Source: Octopus vulgaris (Eukaryota). From it: a stretch of DNA of 64,000 bases. The stretch is taken from assembly GCA_951406725.2 (NCBI GenBank), contig OX597840.1, forward strand, positions 26,288,001 through 26,352,000, read 5' to 3'. Under the pieces are notes generated by a model. The model was given only the letters and a program-made list of their open reading frames with translations. It was not told where the DNA came from and did no database searches. A program made the position numbers and the translations under genes. Shown piece after piece: positions 26,649 through 39,720 of the stretch; positions within the stretch are counted from its first letter, which is position 1; each line of letters opens with the position of its first letter.

Positions 26649-26931
26649 TCTTTATATATAAAATTTAAGTTGTGTGTGTGAGACTCTGTCTCCGATTTAG
26701 ATTCCTAACTACTCCCACATTTTGCGGTGCAGTGTAACCAAAAACCGGGTATCTTATAGTCGTGATTCATATCGAGCCCTTCTGGGTATTAGCGCGTGTC
26801 TACGATTTAAAAAAAAATTACCTTCATTTTTAATGATTTTTGCTCAGGTTATATAAGGGAAGTAACTCTCTAAAAATGCTTATATAATTATTTCCCTTAC
26901 AAACCCGAGCAACGCCGGGCGATACTGCTAG
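26649..26931 (+). mobile_element. Non-autonomous Helitron He1
   Basis: A|TC ... CCCGAGCAACGCCGGG ... CTAG|T. Confidence 0.85.
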
Positions 26932-28198
26932 TTATATATATATATATATAAACCTTGATTCTCTACTGAGAATGACCAAGTTTAAGAATCTGCTGGATCA
27001 CCACTCATAAGGGAATCTTACATTGATTATAAACCCTATATTTGGATGGACTCATTTTAAACTCTGTTGGACTTTACTCAAAGGATACTGGAATATTACA
27101 CATATATACCATTATGCCTATAAAACGGATTTACGAATCCAATACCCATACATATCTTGCATCTATTTTCTTCCCTCCACTTCACTCTCTATTTTGTATC
27201 ACATCTAAACTAACTATGTCTTAATTTTTCCTCTCACACCGTCTCCTATGAAGGGATATTATTGATTGATATCCTAGAAACAGGTGTAATATCTACACAG
27301 CCTTGGTCTTTCTATCTCATTACACAAAAAATTCTTGAATGGCTGTGTGGTAAGTAGCTTACCCGGGTTCAGTCTCACTTCGTGGCACCGTGGGCAAGTG
27401 TCTTCTGCTATAGCCCCGGGCCGACCAATGCCTTGTGAGTGGATTTGGTAGACGGAAACTGAAAGAAGCCTGTCGTATATATGTATATATATATATATAT
27501 ATATGTATGAATGTGTGTTTGTGTTTGTCCCCCTAGCATTGCTTGACAACCGACGCTGGTGTGTTTACGTCCCCGTCACTTAGCGGTTCAGCAAAAGAGA
27601 CTGATAGAATAAGTCCCGGGGTCGATTTGCTTTGGTTTTTTTATCTTATTACGCAAAAAATTCTTATATACACACGCTGACATAGAACCAACGTCAAACC
27701 CTTTATTCACAATATTACTGAATCTGGAACTTAATTATGGTCTGTCTATAGCACTTATTTAGCATTACCTGATGCCTTTATCAATGACACCATTATCTCA
27801 TATATATATATATATATACACATACAGAAAACAAAAGATGAAGACAGGTGCAGGAACGAGTAGTTGTGTTAGTTTAATGCTTGGGAAGAATGGAAAAGTC
27901 TTATGTTTCGAGCCTATGCACTTCAATAGAACAGATTTAGTTAACTAAAGGTAGAGAAAAAAATGTGTAGGAATCAACAATTCAACATGTGTGTTAGTAG
28001 CAAAAGGGTTAATAAAATTAAGTAGTTAGCTTTGACAATCTGTTATTTTGAAGCCACCACAGAAAATTCTAAGTCATTTTAGCAGCAGACAAACATAAGT
28101 ATGAGAGAGAGAGAGAAAGATTAACTGAAGCGAGATTAGCAGCAACAACCACCACAGTGTAAAAGATAACAGTGTCCTAGTGACTGCAGTCTACTTAC

Positions 28199-28423
28199 TT
28201 GGTTGGGGGAGACAAGTCCAGTCCCTTTTGTCCCCGTCTGTCCTGAAGGCTGACAACCAGACCCACTATTGTTGATGATGTTCTCCTGGAAGGGTTCATA
28301 GAAATTACACGTGTTGGGTATGTTTTTTACTAACGGGTCAGCAGAGCCGCCTATGTGTTTAACCATGGGGTCGGCCGAACTGCCCATTGCTTCTCTCTGG
28401 ACAATCAATGCCAGGTCCATCAA
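28199..28423 (-). CDS. SUPT3H: SUPT3H exon (LMDLALIVQREAMG...LVSPNQ)
   Basis: cag acceptor and gtaagt donor, 225 nt, phase 0-0; continues YETIAQ|LMDLAL (human YETVAQLVDLALLV). Confidence 0.9.
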
Positions 28424-28751
28424 CTGTGAAAACAAAGAGGAAGACAATATTAAGGATAGTATATGAAAGAACCCAGCATCACCACAACCACCACCACTAC
28501 TACTACTACTACCAACACCACAACAAGAACCACTAAAAATGACAGGTATCAATGTACAGACAGACATATATATATATATTGGAGGCAGCTGTGGTCATCA
28601 TCATTTTAACATCCGTTTTCCATGCTGGCATGGGTTGGAAAGTTTGACATGGTCTGCCCTTTATACTGGGTACTTTACATGTGGCACCAGCAACAGTGAG
28701 GTGGCCAAGTAAACTGTAAGTCAAAGACCTGGCCCCCTCCTCCAAAATATC

Positions 28752-28953
28752 TGTTTCTTTACTACCCACAAGGGGCTAAACATAGAGGGGACAAACAAGG
28801 ACAGACAAATGGATTAAGTCGATTACATCGACCCCGAAAGGATGAAAGGCTGAGTCAACCTCGGTGGAATTTGAACTCAGAACGTAACGACAGATGAAAT
28901 ACGGCTACGCATTTTGCCCGGTGTGCTAACGTTTCTGCCAGCTCGCCGCCTTC
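28752..28953 (-). mobile_element. SINE family 2 (ggcgagctggcagaaacgttagca head)
   Basis: tRNA-like head with GAGTTCAAATTCC and central ctttcatcctttcggggtcga; copies at 29860-30057, 39303-39720, 47140-47292 and 63030-63240. Confidence 0.82.
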
Positions 28954-29477
28954 TTCCAAAATGTCGGCTTTGCCTGTCATCCTTTTGGGGATCAATAAAT
29001 TAAGTAACATTTGCATACTGGGGTCGATCTAATTGACCGGTCCCCTCACCCACAATTGAAGGCCTTGTGCCCATAGTAGAAAGGATTATTATTATTGATA
29101 AAAACCCTCAGCTTATTTTGCTGGGTATGATGGAAAGTGTCTGCTGTCCACAGCCATAAGAATTTGACTGGTCCTCTTCCCCACAATTGAAGGTCTTGTG
29201 CCCATTGTAGAAAGGATTATTATTATTGATGAAAACCCTCAGCTTATTTTGCTGGGTATGATGGAAAGTGGTCAGCTGTCCACAGCCAGCAGACTAAGGT
29301 GACACTTGTTCACTGGTCATGCTTCAAGAACCTTGTGAAGAATTCTTACAGTTCCAAGCAATAATAATAATAATTACTACTACGATACATAACTACAACA
29401 GTTTAGAAAGACAAAATACAACAATAAAAACAAAACAAAACTAATTTAGTAACAGAAATCAGTAGTATATTTCTCAC

Positions 29478-29599
29478 CTGTGCAATTGTCTCGTAAGCCA
29501 GGTAACTGAACATCTCAAGAGCTAAAGGATTAGGCTTGGGTTCAACACACACACCAGACATGAGCCAGTCTTTAAAACGCTGGGACTTATATTTACGGG
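29478..29599 (-). CDS. SUPT3H: SUPT3H exon (RKYKSQRFKDWLMSG...EMFSYLAYETIAQ)
   Basis: 122 nt, phase 1-0, AG/GT; matches the Spt3 motif FRDWL...KPN..A.E...YLAYETVAQ. Confidence 0.95.
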
Positions 29600-29662
29600 C
29601 TGCAAAAAATAAAGAGAATAATTAATTACAATTAAGTAAAAATAATTAATTGTTTTTTTTTT

Positions 29663-30217
29663 ACTCCTTTACATGTTTCAGTCATTTGACTGTGGCCATG
29701 CTGGAGCACTGCCTTTAGTCAAACAAATCAGCCCTAGGACTTATTTTTTATGCCTAGTATATTTTTTCTATTGGTCTCTTTAGCCAAACCACTAAGTTAC
29801 AGGGATGTAAACACACCAACATTGGTTGTCAAGCGATGGTGGGAGACAAACACACAAAAGGTGGTGAGCTGGCAGAAACGTTAGCATGCCGGGCAAAATG
29901 CGTAGATATTATGTTCTGAGTTCAAATTCCGCCGAGGTCGACTTTGCCTTTCAGGGTCGATAAATTAAGTACCAGTTATGCACTGGGGTCAATGTAATCG
30001 ACTTAATCCATTTGTCTCCTCTGTGTTTAGCCCCTTGTGGGTAATAAAGAAATAGGTATATGGGGCTTCTTTCAGTTTCCATCTACTGAATCCACTCACA
30101 AGGCTTTGGTTGGCCTGAGGCTATAGTAGAAGACACTTGCCCAAGGTGCCATGCAGTGGGACTGAACCTGAAACCAGGTGGACAGTAAGCAAGCTACTTA
30201 CCACACAGCCACTCCCG
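29663..30217 (-). mobile_element. SINE family 1 with a nested SINE family 2 (plus, 29860-30057)
   Basis: The family 2 copy sits in the internal microsatellite of the family 1 copy. Confidence 0.82.
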
Positions 30218-30728
30218 TATGTATACACATATTAAATTAGCAGAGACATTAATGCAACAGAATAAAATGCCCTATAGTATTTGCTCCAGACCTTTATATT
30301 CTGAGTTCAAATCCAGCCAAAGTCAACTTTGCCTTTAATCATTTCAGGGGTTGATATAATACAATATTTATTCTGGTTCTTCTGTGTCCTGGAAAGATAG
30401 ACTTAGCCCATCTTAACTCATTTAAACACCACTGCCGCCACCTGGTGCCTTGGATTTGATTCAGCTCCCCAGTTTAAGGACGGCTTCATCGCTTTCCATC
30501 ATTCACCAGTGTCGGTGTGAGAGGAAAATGAGAGAGTGGCACCTTGAGCAAGTCTTTTCTGTAAGCCCTGGGCCGACCAAAGCCTTGGGAGTGAATTTGG
30601 TACATGGACACTGTAAGAAGCCTGTTCTGTATGTGTGTGTGGGGGTTTGTGTACGTGTGAGTATGTATGTATGCATTTGTGTATATGCATATGTGTTACT
30701 CTGACAAACATTTGGTCTTAATACTCAC

Positions 30729-30804
30729 AGAAGTTGACTTGGCGTGATTCACAGAACTCTCGATATTGCTGTGGGTCCATGTGACGAGACAGTAACTCAG
30801 CTCT
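30729..30804 (-). CDS. SUPT3H: SUPT3H exon (RAELLSRHMDPQQYREFCESRQVNF)
   Basis: 76 nt, phase 0-1, AG/GT; human [25 protein letters not shown]. Confidence 0.95.
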
Positions 30805-30853
30805 CTGAAACAGACACCATAACATAACATAAGTATATGATATATATATATAT

Positions 30854-30934
30854 GGCTTACAGCTGTTTCTGCTATAAGATGCAATGCGCTCATAGTTGAG
30901 TGTTTGAGTAACACCTTACAGCTCCATCAGAGCC
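30854..30934 (-). ncRNA. Type I hammerhead motif with a mutated core (family H5)
   Basis: GGCT-CTGATGG-A-[GCTGTAAGGTG..CATCTTATAGC]-A-GAAA-CAGCTG-TA-AGCC; A9 replaced by G. Confidence 0.6.
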
Positions 30935-32774
30935 TCAAACATGAAATGCAATTTAATTGAGAAAAGAATTATATTTGTGCATATATAAGAAAATATACTA
31001 CTATATATATATATTGATAGAAATGGTAAGACAACAAAAGAAAGAAAGAGACCTCAATATTATGTAAATAGAGGAATTTATCTGTAAATGTAATATGTGA
31101 CAATTATTCGGTAGCCATGATAAAACTGAGTTTTATCTTGGCTACCGAATAATTGTCACATATTATATTTACATATATATATATATATATATATGGGTAC
31201 AGGACATCACCAACAGTGCAAGTAACATGAAATATGTAAATAAAAATGAGTGAAATATATAAACAATGAGAAAAAAAATGGAAAACAGGACAAGTAAACA
31301 CAGAGAGAGGACCCTTCATCAGTTGTTGGCTGTCTGTCTACTCCTCATTTGAAGTATTCAATGACAATATGAGTCTTGGAAGACAGTTGCTTCCATAAAT
31401 TCTAAAATTAAATTTAGGATTTATGGAGGGTAATTAGACCAGAACAAGAGGAAAATAGTGAATGCTGGGAGAAACCCTTTCTTTTTGAAAAGCGTAAAGA
31501 TAGAGAGAAAAACACATCCACTTGTTTAAACATCCATGCAGGAAAAGAAAGATGGGCAATAGTCACATGTGAGCAACGAGAGATAGAAAATGGTGAAGAA
31601 GTGGGGTTGGGGGGGGAATGGAATTAGAGAAGGAGGGAGGAAGGAAATGATATAGAGTGGCATCAAGAAGGTGAAGATAAACTTGAATATATAACAAGTG
31701 ATGAAGGAAACGGAAGACAGATTTAGCACTAGCCTCTGTCATCAAGGCTGTAATAACAGACGAGATGGTCACGGCTGGACCGCCTTCCACAATTGTCTGC
31801 AAGATTTTCCCGAGGCTAAAAGACAATTCTATCAACAACTGTAAAAACGCTATTACCAGACAAGGGAGCCAACTCTTTATGAGTTGCGTCCCTTTACTTG
31901 ATTTCTATTTCTCATTTTTCCGTTTTCCTTGAGACAACGATACATTCCTTCGGTTAATTTAAATAATTGTTTATAATTTTAGACATACGGCCAGCGACTT
32001 TCAGAGGAAGGGGTTTGTCGACTTCAACCACACCATTACTGAACCTGAACTTTATTTTATCGGTCCTCGAAGAATAGAAAAGCAAAGAGCTAACCGCAGC
32101 AGAGCTCGTACTCAAAACATTAAGGAGCAGGAAACAAACAACGCGAGGTATTTTCTCCGACGATTCTGCTGGTCCCAGTCAATCCCCCAACCCCACATAA
32201 CCTCCATAATAAAATGGGGCTTAGGTGTTGATATTTTGTATAATGAGGAGCAGGTGTAGTTGTGTGGTAAGAATTTTGCTTCCCAACTCCTTGGTTCCGG
32301 GTTCAGTCCCACTGCGTGGTACCTTGGGCAAGTGTCTTCTATTATAACCTCAGGTCGACCAAAGCCTTGTGAGTGGACTTGGTAGATGGAAACTGGGCTT
32401 CTTTCAGTTTCCGCTTACAAATTTACCCACGAGACTTTGTTAGGCCCAGGGCTAGAGTAGAAGATACTTGCCCAAAGTTCCACGCAGTGGGACCGAACCT
32501 GGAACCCTGTAGTTAGGAAGCAAGTGTGTTTCTCACCCCAACCCCACTTGACAACTGGTTGTTGGTATGTTTACATCCCCATGTTGAGACCGAGCAAATA
32601 AGCACCAAACTTTAAAAAAAAGTACTGGACAAATATCCTTCAAGTTGGTGCCCCAGCATGGCCGCAATATAATGACTGAAACACGTAAAACATAGAAGAT
32701 TAAGAAAACTCCTTTAACCCCTTAACTGCCAAATTTTTTGGCTTTGCTTGGTGTCTTAGGATATATACATCTAT

Positions 32775-33151
32775 CTCTCTTTTACTTGTTTCAGTCATTT
32801 GACTGTGGCCATGCTGGAGCACCGCCTTTAATCAAGCAAATTGACCCTGGGACTTATTCTTTTGTAAGCCCAGTACTTATTCTATTGGTGTCTTTTGCCG
32901 AACTGCTAAGTAACGGGGACATAAACACACCAGCATCAGTTGTCAAGCAATGCTAGGGGGACAAACACGCATATATATATACACACATGACGGGCTTCTT
33001 TCAGTTTCCATCTACCAAATCCACTCACAAGGCTTTGGTTGGCCCGAGGCTATAGCAGAAGACACTTACCCAAGGTGCCACGCAGTGGGACTGAACCTGG
33101 AACCATGTGGTTGGTAAACAAGCTACTTACCACACAGCCACTTCTGCGCCT
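32775..33151 (-). mobile_element. SINE family 1 (preceded by a rearranged, partly inverted SINE at 32245-32700)
   Basis: Full reverse copy. Confidence 0.88.
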
Positions 33152-33573
33152 ATATATATCTACATATGTATATTAATAAATTTCAGGGTAGCCAAAAAAT
33201 TTAGAAATTTTTTGCTACCAGTGGTCTAGCGAAAGAAAAAACTAGTAAATAGACTATATATTATTCATATAAAAATACAGTATACTTTTAAACACATAAG
33301 AGATGGCCATAAAGGACATCTGAACCCGCTAGAAGGAGTAGTTAAACTCTAAACCACTATTAGGTGTAATTTTATTTTTCATTCCCTTTTGAAATTACCC
33401 CTAATAGTGGTTTGAAGTTTAACTACTCCTTCTAGCGGGTCAGATGTCCTGTTATGGGCCATCTCTCATGTGTTTAGATGTACACTGTATTTATATATAT
33501 ATATATATACTTTATTTAAAGCAGCAGAAAATTCAACAAAATCTGTTACTCTGAGTTTCCATTCTAGCAAAAA

Positions 33574-33611
33574 CTGTCTGATGAACGGCAACGGGAAACT
33601 CAGAGTAATAG
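33574..33611 (+). ncRNA. Type I hammerhead motif (family H1) in a TA-flanked foldback (about 33510-33715)
   Basis: CTGT-CTGATGA-ACG GCAA CGG-GAAA-CTC A GAG-TA-ATAG. Confidence 0.7.
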
Positions 33612-34136
33612 ATTTTGTTGAATTTTCTGCTGCTTTAAATAAAACATATTACTCTACCACTGGTATTTGAGTACTCTTTTTTCCACCTTGTTTCACATTT
33701 ATGTGTTTACTCCGGTATATATATATATAATAAAAACTTACTTGGAGAATAAGAAAAAATCGACGCGAGGCGTTCAATCATATAATAAATAAAACATATG
33801 CATATATACATACATATATGTACATACTTACATCTATATGTATATATACATGCATATATGAGTACAGGACACCACAAATAAACGTAGAACACAACGAGAA
33901 ACGAAAACATAAAATCAAACAAGGAAACGGACTTTTTTTAACAACGAAAAAATAGAGTACAGGACAAACAATACAAGGAATATTCCCCTTCTTCAGCTGC
34001 CCCTGTTTCGACTCAATGCGTGTTTTGAATGTAAGAGCAGAACACGGCCAGGCCGAAGCAGTCCTTCCTGCAAAAGGAATTAAATAAAATTCTTTTGCAG
34101 AGGGGTAAAAAAGTGACAAGAACAGGGCATACGCAC

Positions 34137-34790
34137 AAGGGGGTGCCAAAAGTTCCTAGCTTTGGGTAAAAGAAAATATAGGAAGAATCAGTTGTTAATT
34201 ATGATTTTATCCAACATATTCCCCTCTCAGATTCACACATTTATCGCAGTGGTCTCTTTTACTCGTTTCAGTCATTTCACTGCGGCCATGCTGGAGCACC
34301 GCCTTTTTTTTTTTTTTTAATCGAGTAACTCGACCCTGGGACTTATTCTTTTGTAAGCCCAGTACTTATTCTATCGGTCTCTTTTGCCGAACCGCTAAGT
34401 AACGTGGACATAAACACACCAGCATTGGTTGTCAAGCAATGCTAGGAGGACAAACACAGACACACATATATATATATATACATATATACGACGGGCTTCT
34501 TTCAGTTTCCGTCTACTAAATCCACTCACAAGGCTTTGGTCGGCCCGAGGCTATAGTAGAAGACACTTGCCCAAGGTGCCACGCAGTAGGACTGAACCTG
34601 GAACCATGTGGTTGGTAAACAAGCTACTTACCACACAGCCACTCCAGTGCCTTCAGTTTTCCTAAGCGCTGTAAAACAACTTGGAAGGTCGGGCTTCAAA
34701 CCAAGCCTTTCATGACACCCTTAAGCAAGAAACTTTTCAGCCCCACCCTTTTGTAGTTATTCAGGAGGACAACAAGACTTTGAATTCCAC
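34137..34790 (-). mobile_element. Mariner-like transposon 3' remnant split by a SINE family 1 copy (34254-34645)
   Basis: TIR-like agggggtgccaaaagttcct and C-terminal KCVNLRGEYV. Confidence 0.6.
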
Positions 34791-35054
34791 TCCACATACC
34801 CTTAGCTCCAAGGTACCCGTACGTCTACACCTACTCTCACTTCTAATGACTGGCCTTAAACCACATATCTCACTCCAGCCGTCCACCAAGTTTCGTGAGT
34901 CAGTGAAGTGGTTGTACAGCTTGTGTCAGTGAGGGCTTTCATTCCTTTCTCTCCATACCAGAACTTCCTCACTTCGTAGGTAGGAGTGGCTTTGTTTGGT
35001 CAACAGAGGAGCTATCAGCTTACCAGTTGGATTTGGTCTGACCAGTATTTTGTG

Positions 35055-35485
35055 CACACACACACACACACACACAAGCATACACATGTACACACGCAAA
35101 CACCACATGCACAAACACACACATACCAATACACAAACAGAAATACACACACATACCAATACACATGCAAGCACACACACACACAGAAGTACACACACAC
35201 ATACACACTCATACATACACCCACACACATACATACACACACTTATACACACACAAACACTCATATGCACATACACACACATACATACACACACATACAT
35301 ACACACACTTATACACACACAAACACACACACACACACACTCATACATACACCCACACACATACATACACTTATACACACACAAACACTCATGCACACAC
35401 ACACACACTCATACATACACCCACACACATACATACACTTATACACACACACACAAACACTCATATGCACACATACACACACACA
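35055..35485. repeat. (CA)-rich compound microsatellite
   Basis: Direct reading. Confidence 0.92.
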
Positions 35486-36177
35486 TCATGAATTCTATTC
35501 AAGCAAGTGACAATTGAGTGCACGGACTTATAACAAAGACGAAAATCTTGTGTTGTTTTCATGAGTCACGCCACCAATGATGTTCCTCTGACCCCAACAC
35601 AGATATAAATGTGTTTTTAATGCAAGTCTACAAAGAGTTTTTTATTTTTATCTCAGACAACTTCATAGCATCAGGCCTTCTTACAGTGTATATACATTTA
35701 CTATGATACACAAATGACCTAGTGATCAGGGTGTTGCACAACACAATCGTGAGATGTTAGTTTCCATTTCTGGATTGGATGGTATGTTGTGTTCTTGAAC
35801 AAAACACTGCATCTCATGTTGCTCACTTTGACACCTGATGTATGGCACCTGTACAGGTGTCAGTACCGTGCACCTGTACAGGTGTCTCTGTGATGGAGGG
35901 AATGACCTGATAAACCACACATATATTTTGATCACTATAAAAAATTTACTTCTGGAGGTTGTTCGGCAAGAAAATGCAGGACCCTCATCTGACATTGAGC
36001 AACGAGCAGAGTTCATGATAATAACATATACAGGAAGGGCATCCAAATTAGGAAACTATGTCAAGGCTAAAACTGGATGTCAGTGCTATCACTGGAAGAT
36101 ACCATGATAGCTGTACCGCAGACATCCAAGAACTACCGATGACTGCACAGGATATAAGAATGAAATCTGTAGGTGAT

Positions 36178-36557
36178 GACCCGTGGCCTCTACCTGGGAT
36201 GTAGCCAGTCCACTTATGCATACCTTTCCTTCTTGGGACACAAAACTCTACTTGCGAAGACCAGTTGAGGCAAGTGAAATCGAAATCAATGGAAATTGTA
36301 GTTGTGATACCAGTGCCGGTGGCATGTAAGAGAACCATCCGAACGTGGCCGTTGCCAGCCTCATCTGACACCTATGCTGGTGGCACGTAAAAAACACCCA
36401 CTACACTCACGGAGTGGTTGGTGTTGGGAAGGGCATCCAGCTGTAGAAACACTGCCAGATCAGACTGGAGCCTGGTGCCGCCTTCTGGCTTCCCAGACCC
36501 CCAGTTGAACCGTCCGACCCATGCTAGCATGGAAAGCGGATGTTAAACAATGATGAT
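36178..36557 (+). mobile_element. Complete RTE LINE 3' UTR with (GAT)n tail
   Basis: Begins cccgtggcctctac.tgggatgtagccagtccacttatg, matching 7627-7665 after the RTE ORF stop. Confidence 0.88.
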
Positions 36558-36619
36558 AAGTATATTATAAAAATGAAAGAAGCTTAAAAAAAATAAGCAG
36601 AATAAAAATACAAATTCGA

Positions 36620-38330
36620 GTAGTTTCTCAATATGCAATAACATTCTGATGCATGTGCAAAGAGAGTTGTAGTACCATCTACATTACAAAAACGTGTATT
36701 GCAGCAATTCCACAGCAGATACCCAGGTACATTGAGGATGAAAGCTCTGATGAGGAGCTACGTCAATTGGCTGACTATCAACCGGGGTATCGAAAAGTTG
36801 GTGAGAACTTGTTGAGGTTGCACGCTTGCGGCCAAAGCCCTGCCAGTAAAATATCAATTGTGGCCAGAGATTGAGAACCCATGGTCTAAGTTACATATCG
36901 ACCAAGCTGGACCGATGAATGGTGCTTACTATCTAATCATGGTAGGCAGGTGTACAAAGTGGCCAGAGGTATGCAGGTGCAATAAACCAATGGCTAAGAC
37001 AACTATGAATTGTTTGTGTGGTCTGGCACATAAAAAGCACCATCCGATCGTGGCCATTTAGTTAGTTAGTTAATTTGTTGGCTCATAAAGCAAAAAGCAA
37101 GGCCATGTAGGGGGTACATGGAGTTATGTACAGGGTGGTGTTCATGTAAAGAGTTCAGGCCACTTGTGGTCAAGGGAGACTTTGAACCGAGCGGTCGTCG
37201 GCATCTTCACCATCTCATCCGGCAGCTTATTCCACGGATCCGCAACCAGGACGGAGAAAGCCCCTCTCCTTCGATTGAGATGAAATCGTCGCAGATAGAG
37301 CTTTTCTTAATGACCCCGCAGCCGATGCTCTGGGGCAGGAGTGAAGAACAGCTCTTTCGAGAGGTTACACTTTCCGCTTATGATGTTGTGAGCAAGAATG
37401 AGATCACCACGGCGGTGGAGTTTTGCCAGGCCTCCGTGCCGGTGGCACATAAAAAGCACCCACAACACTCATGGAGTGGTTGGCGTTAGGAAGGGCATCC
37501 AGCTGTAGAAACATTGCCAGATCAGACTGGGCCTGGTGCAGCCTTCTGGCTTCCCAGACCCCAGTTGCACCGTCCAACCCATGCTAGCATGGAAAGCGGA
37601 CGCTAAATGATGATGATGATAATATATATGTAGGTGCAGGCATGGCTGTGTATGATAAGAGGCATGGTTCCCAGTTTAGTTCCACTGCGTGGCACCTAGG
37701 GCAAGAGTCTTCTACTCTAGCATCAGGTTGACCGAAGACTTGTGAGTGGATCTGGTGAACAGAAACTGAAAGAAGCTCATTGTACACATGCGGCAAGAAG
37801 CTTGCTTCCCAACCACATGGTTCCGGGTTCAGTCCCACTACGTGGCACCTTGAGCAAGTGTCTTCTACTATAGCCTTGAGCTGACCAAAGCCTTGTGAGT
37901 GGATTTGGTAGCTGGAAACTGAAAGAGTCCTGTCGTAATATATATATATATATATACACTCGGTGTGGTTGGCATTAGGAAAGGCATCCAGCCGTAGAAA
38001 CACTGCCAGATCAGACTGGAGCCTGGTGCAGCCTCCTGGCTTCCCAGATCACCGGTCGAACTGTCCAACCCATTCTAGCATGGAAAGCGGACGCTAAACG
38101 ATGATGATGATATGGTGTTCCAAACACATTAGTTTCTCATAATGGAATGCAATTCTTGGGGTATGAATTCAAGAACTTCTGTAAAATGCATGGTAAGGAA
38201 GGCTGGGAGGATGGCCTTGTAACCCCCAAAAAATAGGAAGTATGATGTATTCAATTAAAGGATCACACTGGGAATATAAGAGACACATAAGTCAACTAAA
38301 GAAGAGATATACCAAAGAATGGAGAGAAAT
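36620..38330 (+). mobile_element. Degenerate Ty3/Gypsy integrase fragments, interrupted by CR1, RTE and SINE insertions
   Basis: VVVPSTLQKRVLQQFH..PG..RMKALMRSYVNW, PWSKLHIDQAGPMNGAYYLI..KWPEV (36660-37020); GVPNTLVSHNGMQF..EFKNFC (38112-38192). Confidence 0.85.
37059..37416 (-). mobile_element. CR1-clade LINE 3' end
   Basis: RGDLILAHNII...LRGH..AFSVLVADPWNKLPDEMVKM..FKVSLD; (CTAA)n tail. Confidence 0.85.
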
Positions 38331-38471
38331 TCCTTAGGAAGTATTTTTTGATGTATTCAATGTCCCAGCACTGAAGCTAATGGGGTCCCATAGAACCAAC
38401 ACAAGAAAACGGAAGCAGACCAAACACCTTGATAAGGGCCAAGCGAAAAAATGCTAAAAAGTAATAATAAT

Positions 38472-39008
38472 AGGCGCAGGAGTGGCTGTGTGGTAAGTAG
38501 CTTGCTTACCAACCACATGGTTCCCGGTTCAGTCCCACTGCGTGGCATCTTGGGCAAGTGTCTTCTACTATAGCCTCAGGCCGACCAAAGCCTTGTGAGT
38601 GGATTTGGTAGACGGAAACTGAAAGAAGCCTGTCGTATATATGTATATATATATAGGTGCAGGAGTGGCTGTGTGGTAAGTAGCTTGCTTACCAACCACA
38701 TGGTTCCCGGTTCAGTCCCACTGCGTGGCATCTTGGGCAAGTGTCTTCTACTATAGCCTCGGGCCGACCAAAGCCTTGTGAGTGGATTTGGTAGACGGAA
38801 ACTGAAAGAAGCCTGTCGTATATATGTATATATATATAGGTGCAGGAGTGGCTGTGTGGTAAGTAGCTTGCTTACCAACCACATGGTTCCCGGTTCAGTC
38901 CCACTGCGTGGCATCTTGGGCAAGTGTCTTCTACTATAGCCTCGGGCTGACCAAAGCCTTGTGAGTGGATTTGGTAGACGGAAACTGAAAGAAGCCTGTC
39001 TTATATAT

Positions 39009-39044
<36 letters not shown>

Positions 39045-39236
39045 ATATATTTGTGTGTCTTTGACAACCAATGCTGGTGTGCTTACGTCCCTGTAACTTA
39101 GCGGTTCGGCAAAAGAGACCGATAGAATAAGTACTAGGCTTACAAGGAATAAATCCTGGGGTCGATTTGCTCGACTAAAAGGTGGTGCTCCAGCATGGCC
39201 GCAGTCAAATGACTGAAACAAGTAAAAAGAGTAAAG
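38472..39236 (+). mobile_element. SINE family 1 with its 5' half triplicated in tandem (about 183-bp period)
   Basis: Heads at about 38472, 38654 and 38838; only the last has the tail. Confidence 0.9.
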
Positions 39237-39302
39237 AGCAATAGATTAAATTTCTTTATTCCTTCAGAATAGCACCTACCTCGGTACCCTCACCACACAC
39301 AT

Positions 39303-39720
39303 ACCTATTTCTTTACTACCCACAAGGGGCTAAACACAGAGGGGACAAACAAGGATATATAAAGGGATTAAGTCGATTACTTCGACCCCAGTGCGTAACT
39401 GGTACTTAATTTATTGACCCCAAAAGGATGAAAGGCAAAGTTGACCTCGGTGGAATTTGAACTCACAACGTAACGGCAGATGAAATACCTATTTCTTTAC
39501 TACCCACAAGGGGCTAAACACAGAGGGGACAAACAAGGATATATAAAGGGATTAAGTCGATTACTTCGACCCCAGTGCGTAACTGGTACTTAATTTATTG
39601 ACCCCAAAAGGATGAAAGGCAAAGTCGGCCTCGGCGGAATTTGAACTCAGAACGTAACGGCAGATGAAATATTGTTAAGAATTTCGCCCGGCATGCTAAC
39701 GCTTCTGCCAGCTCACCGCC
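39303..39720 (-). mobile_element. SINE family 2 with a tandem duplication
   Basis: The block tttctttactacccacaaggggc is repeated at about 39307 and 39492. Confidence 0.85.

Noticed and set aside
31290-31325. CTGATGA on the minus strand as another hammerhead
   Set aside because: No properly placed stem II, GAAA and stem III could be found.
31730-31900. Short open frames in a unique intronic island
   Set aside because: No recognisable domain or convincing splice pair; may be regulatory but unsupported.
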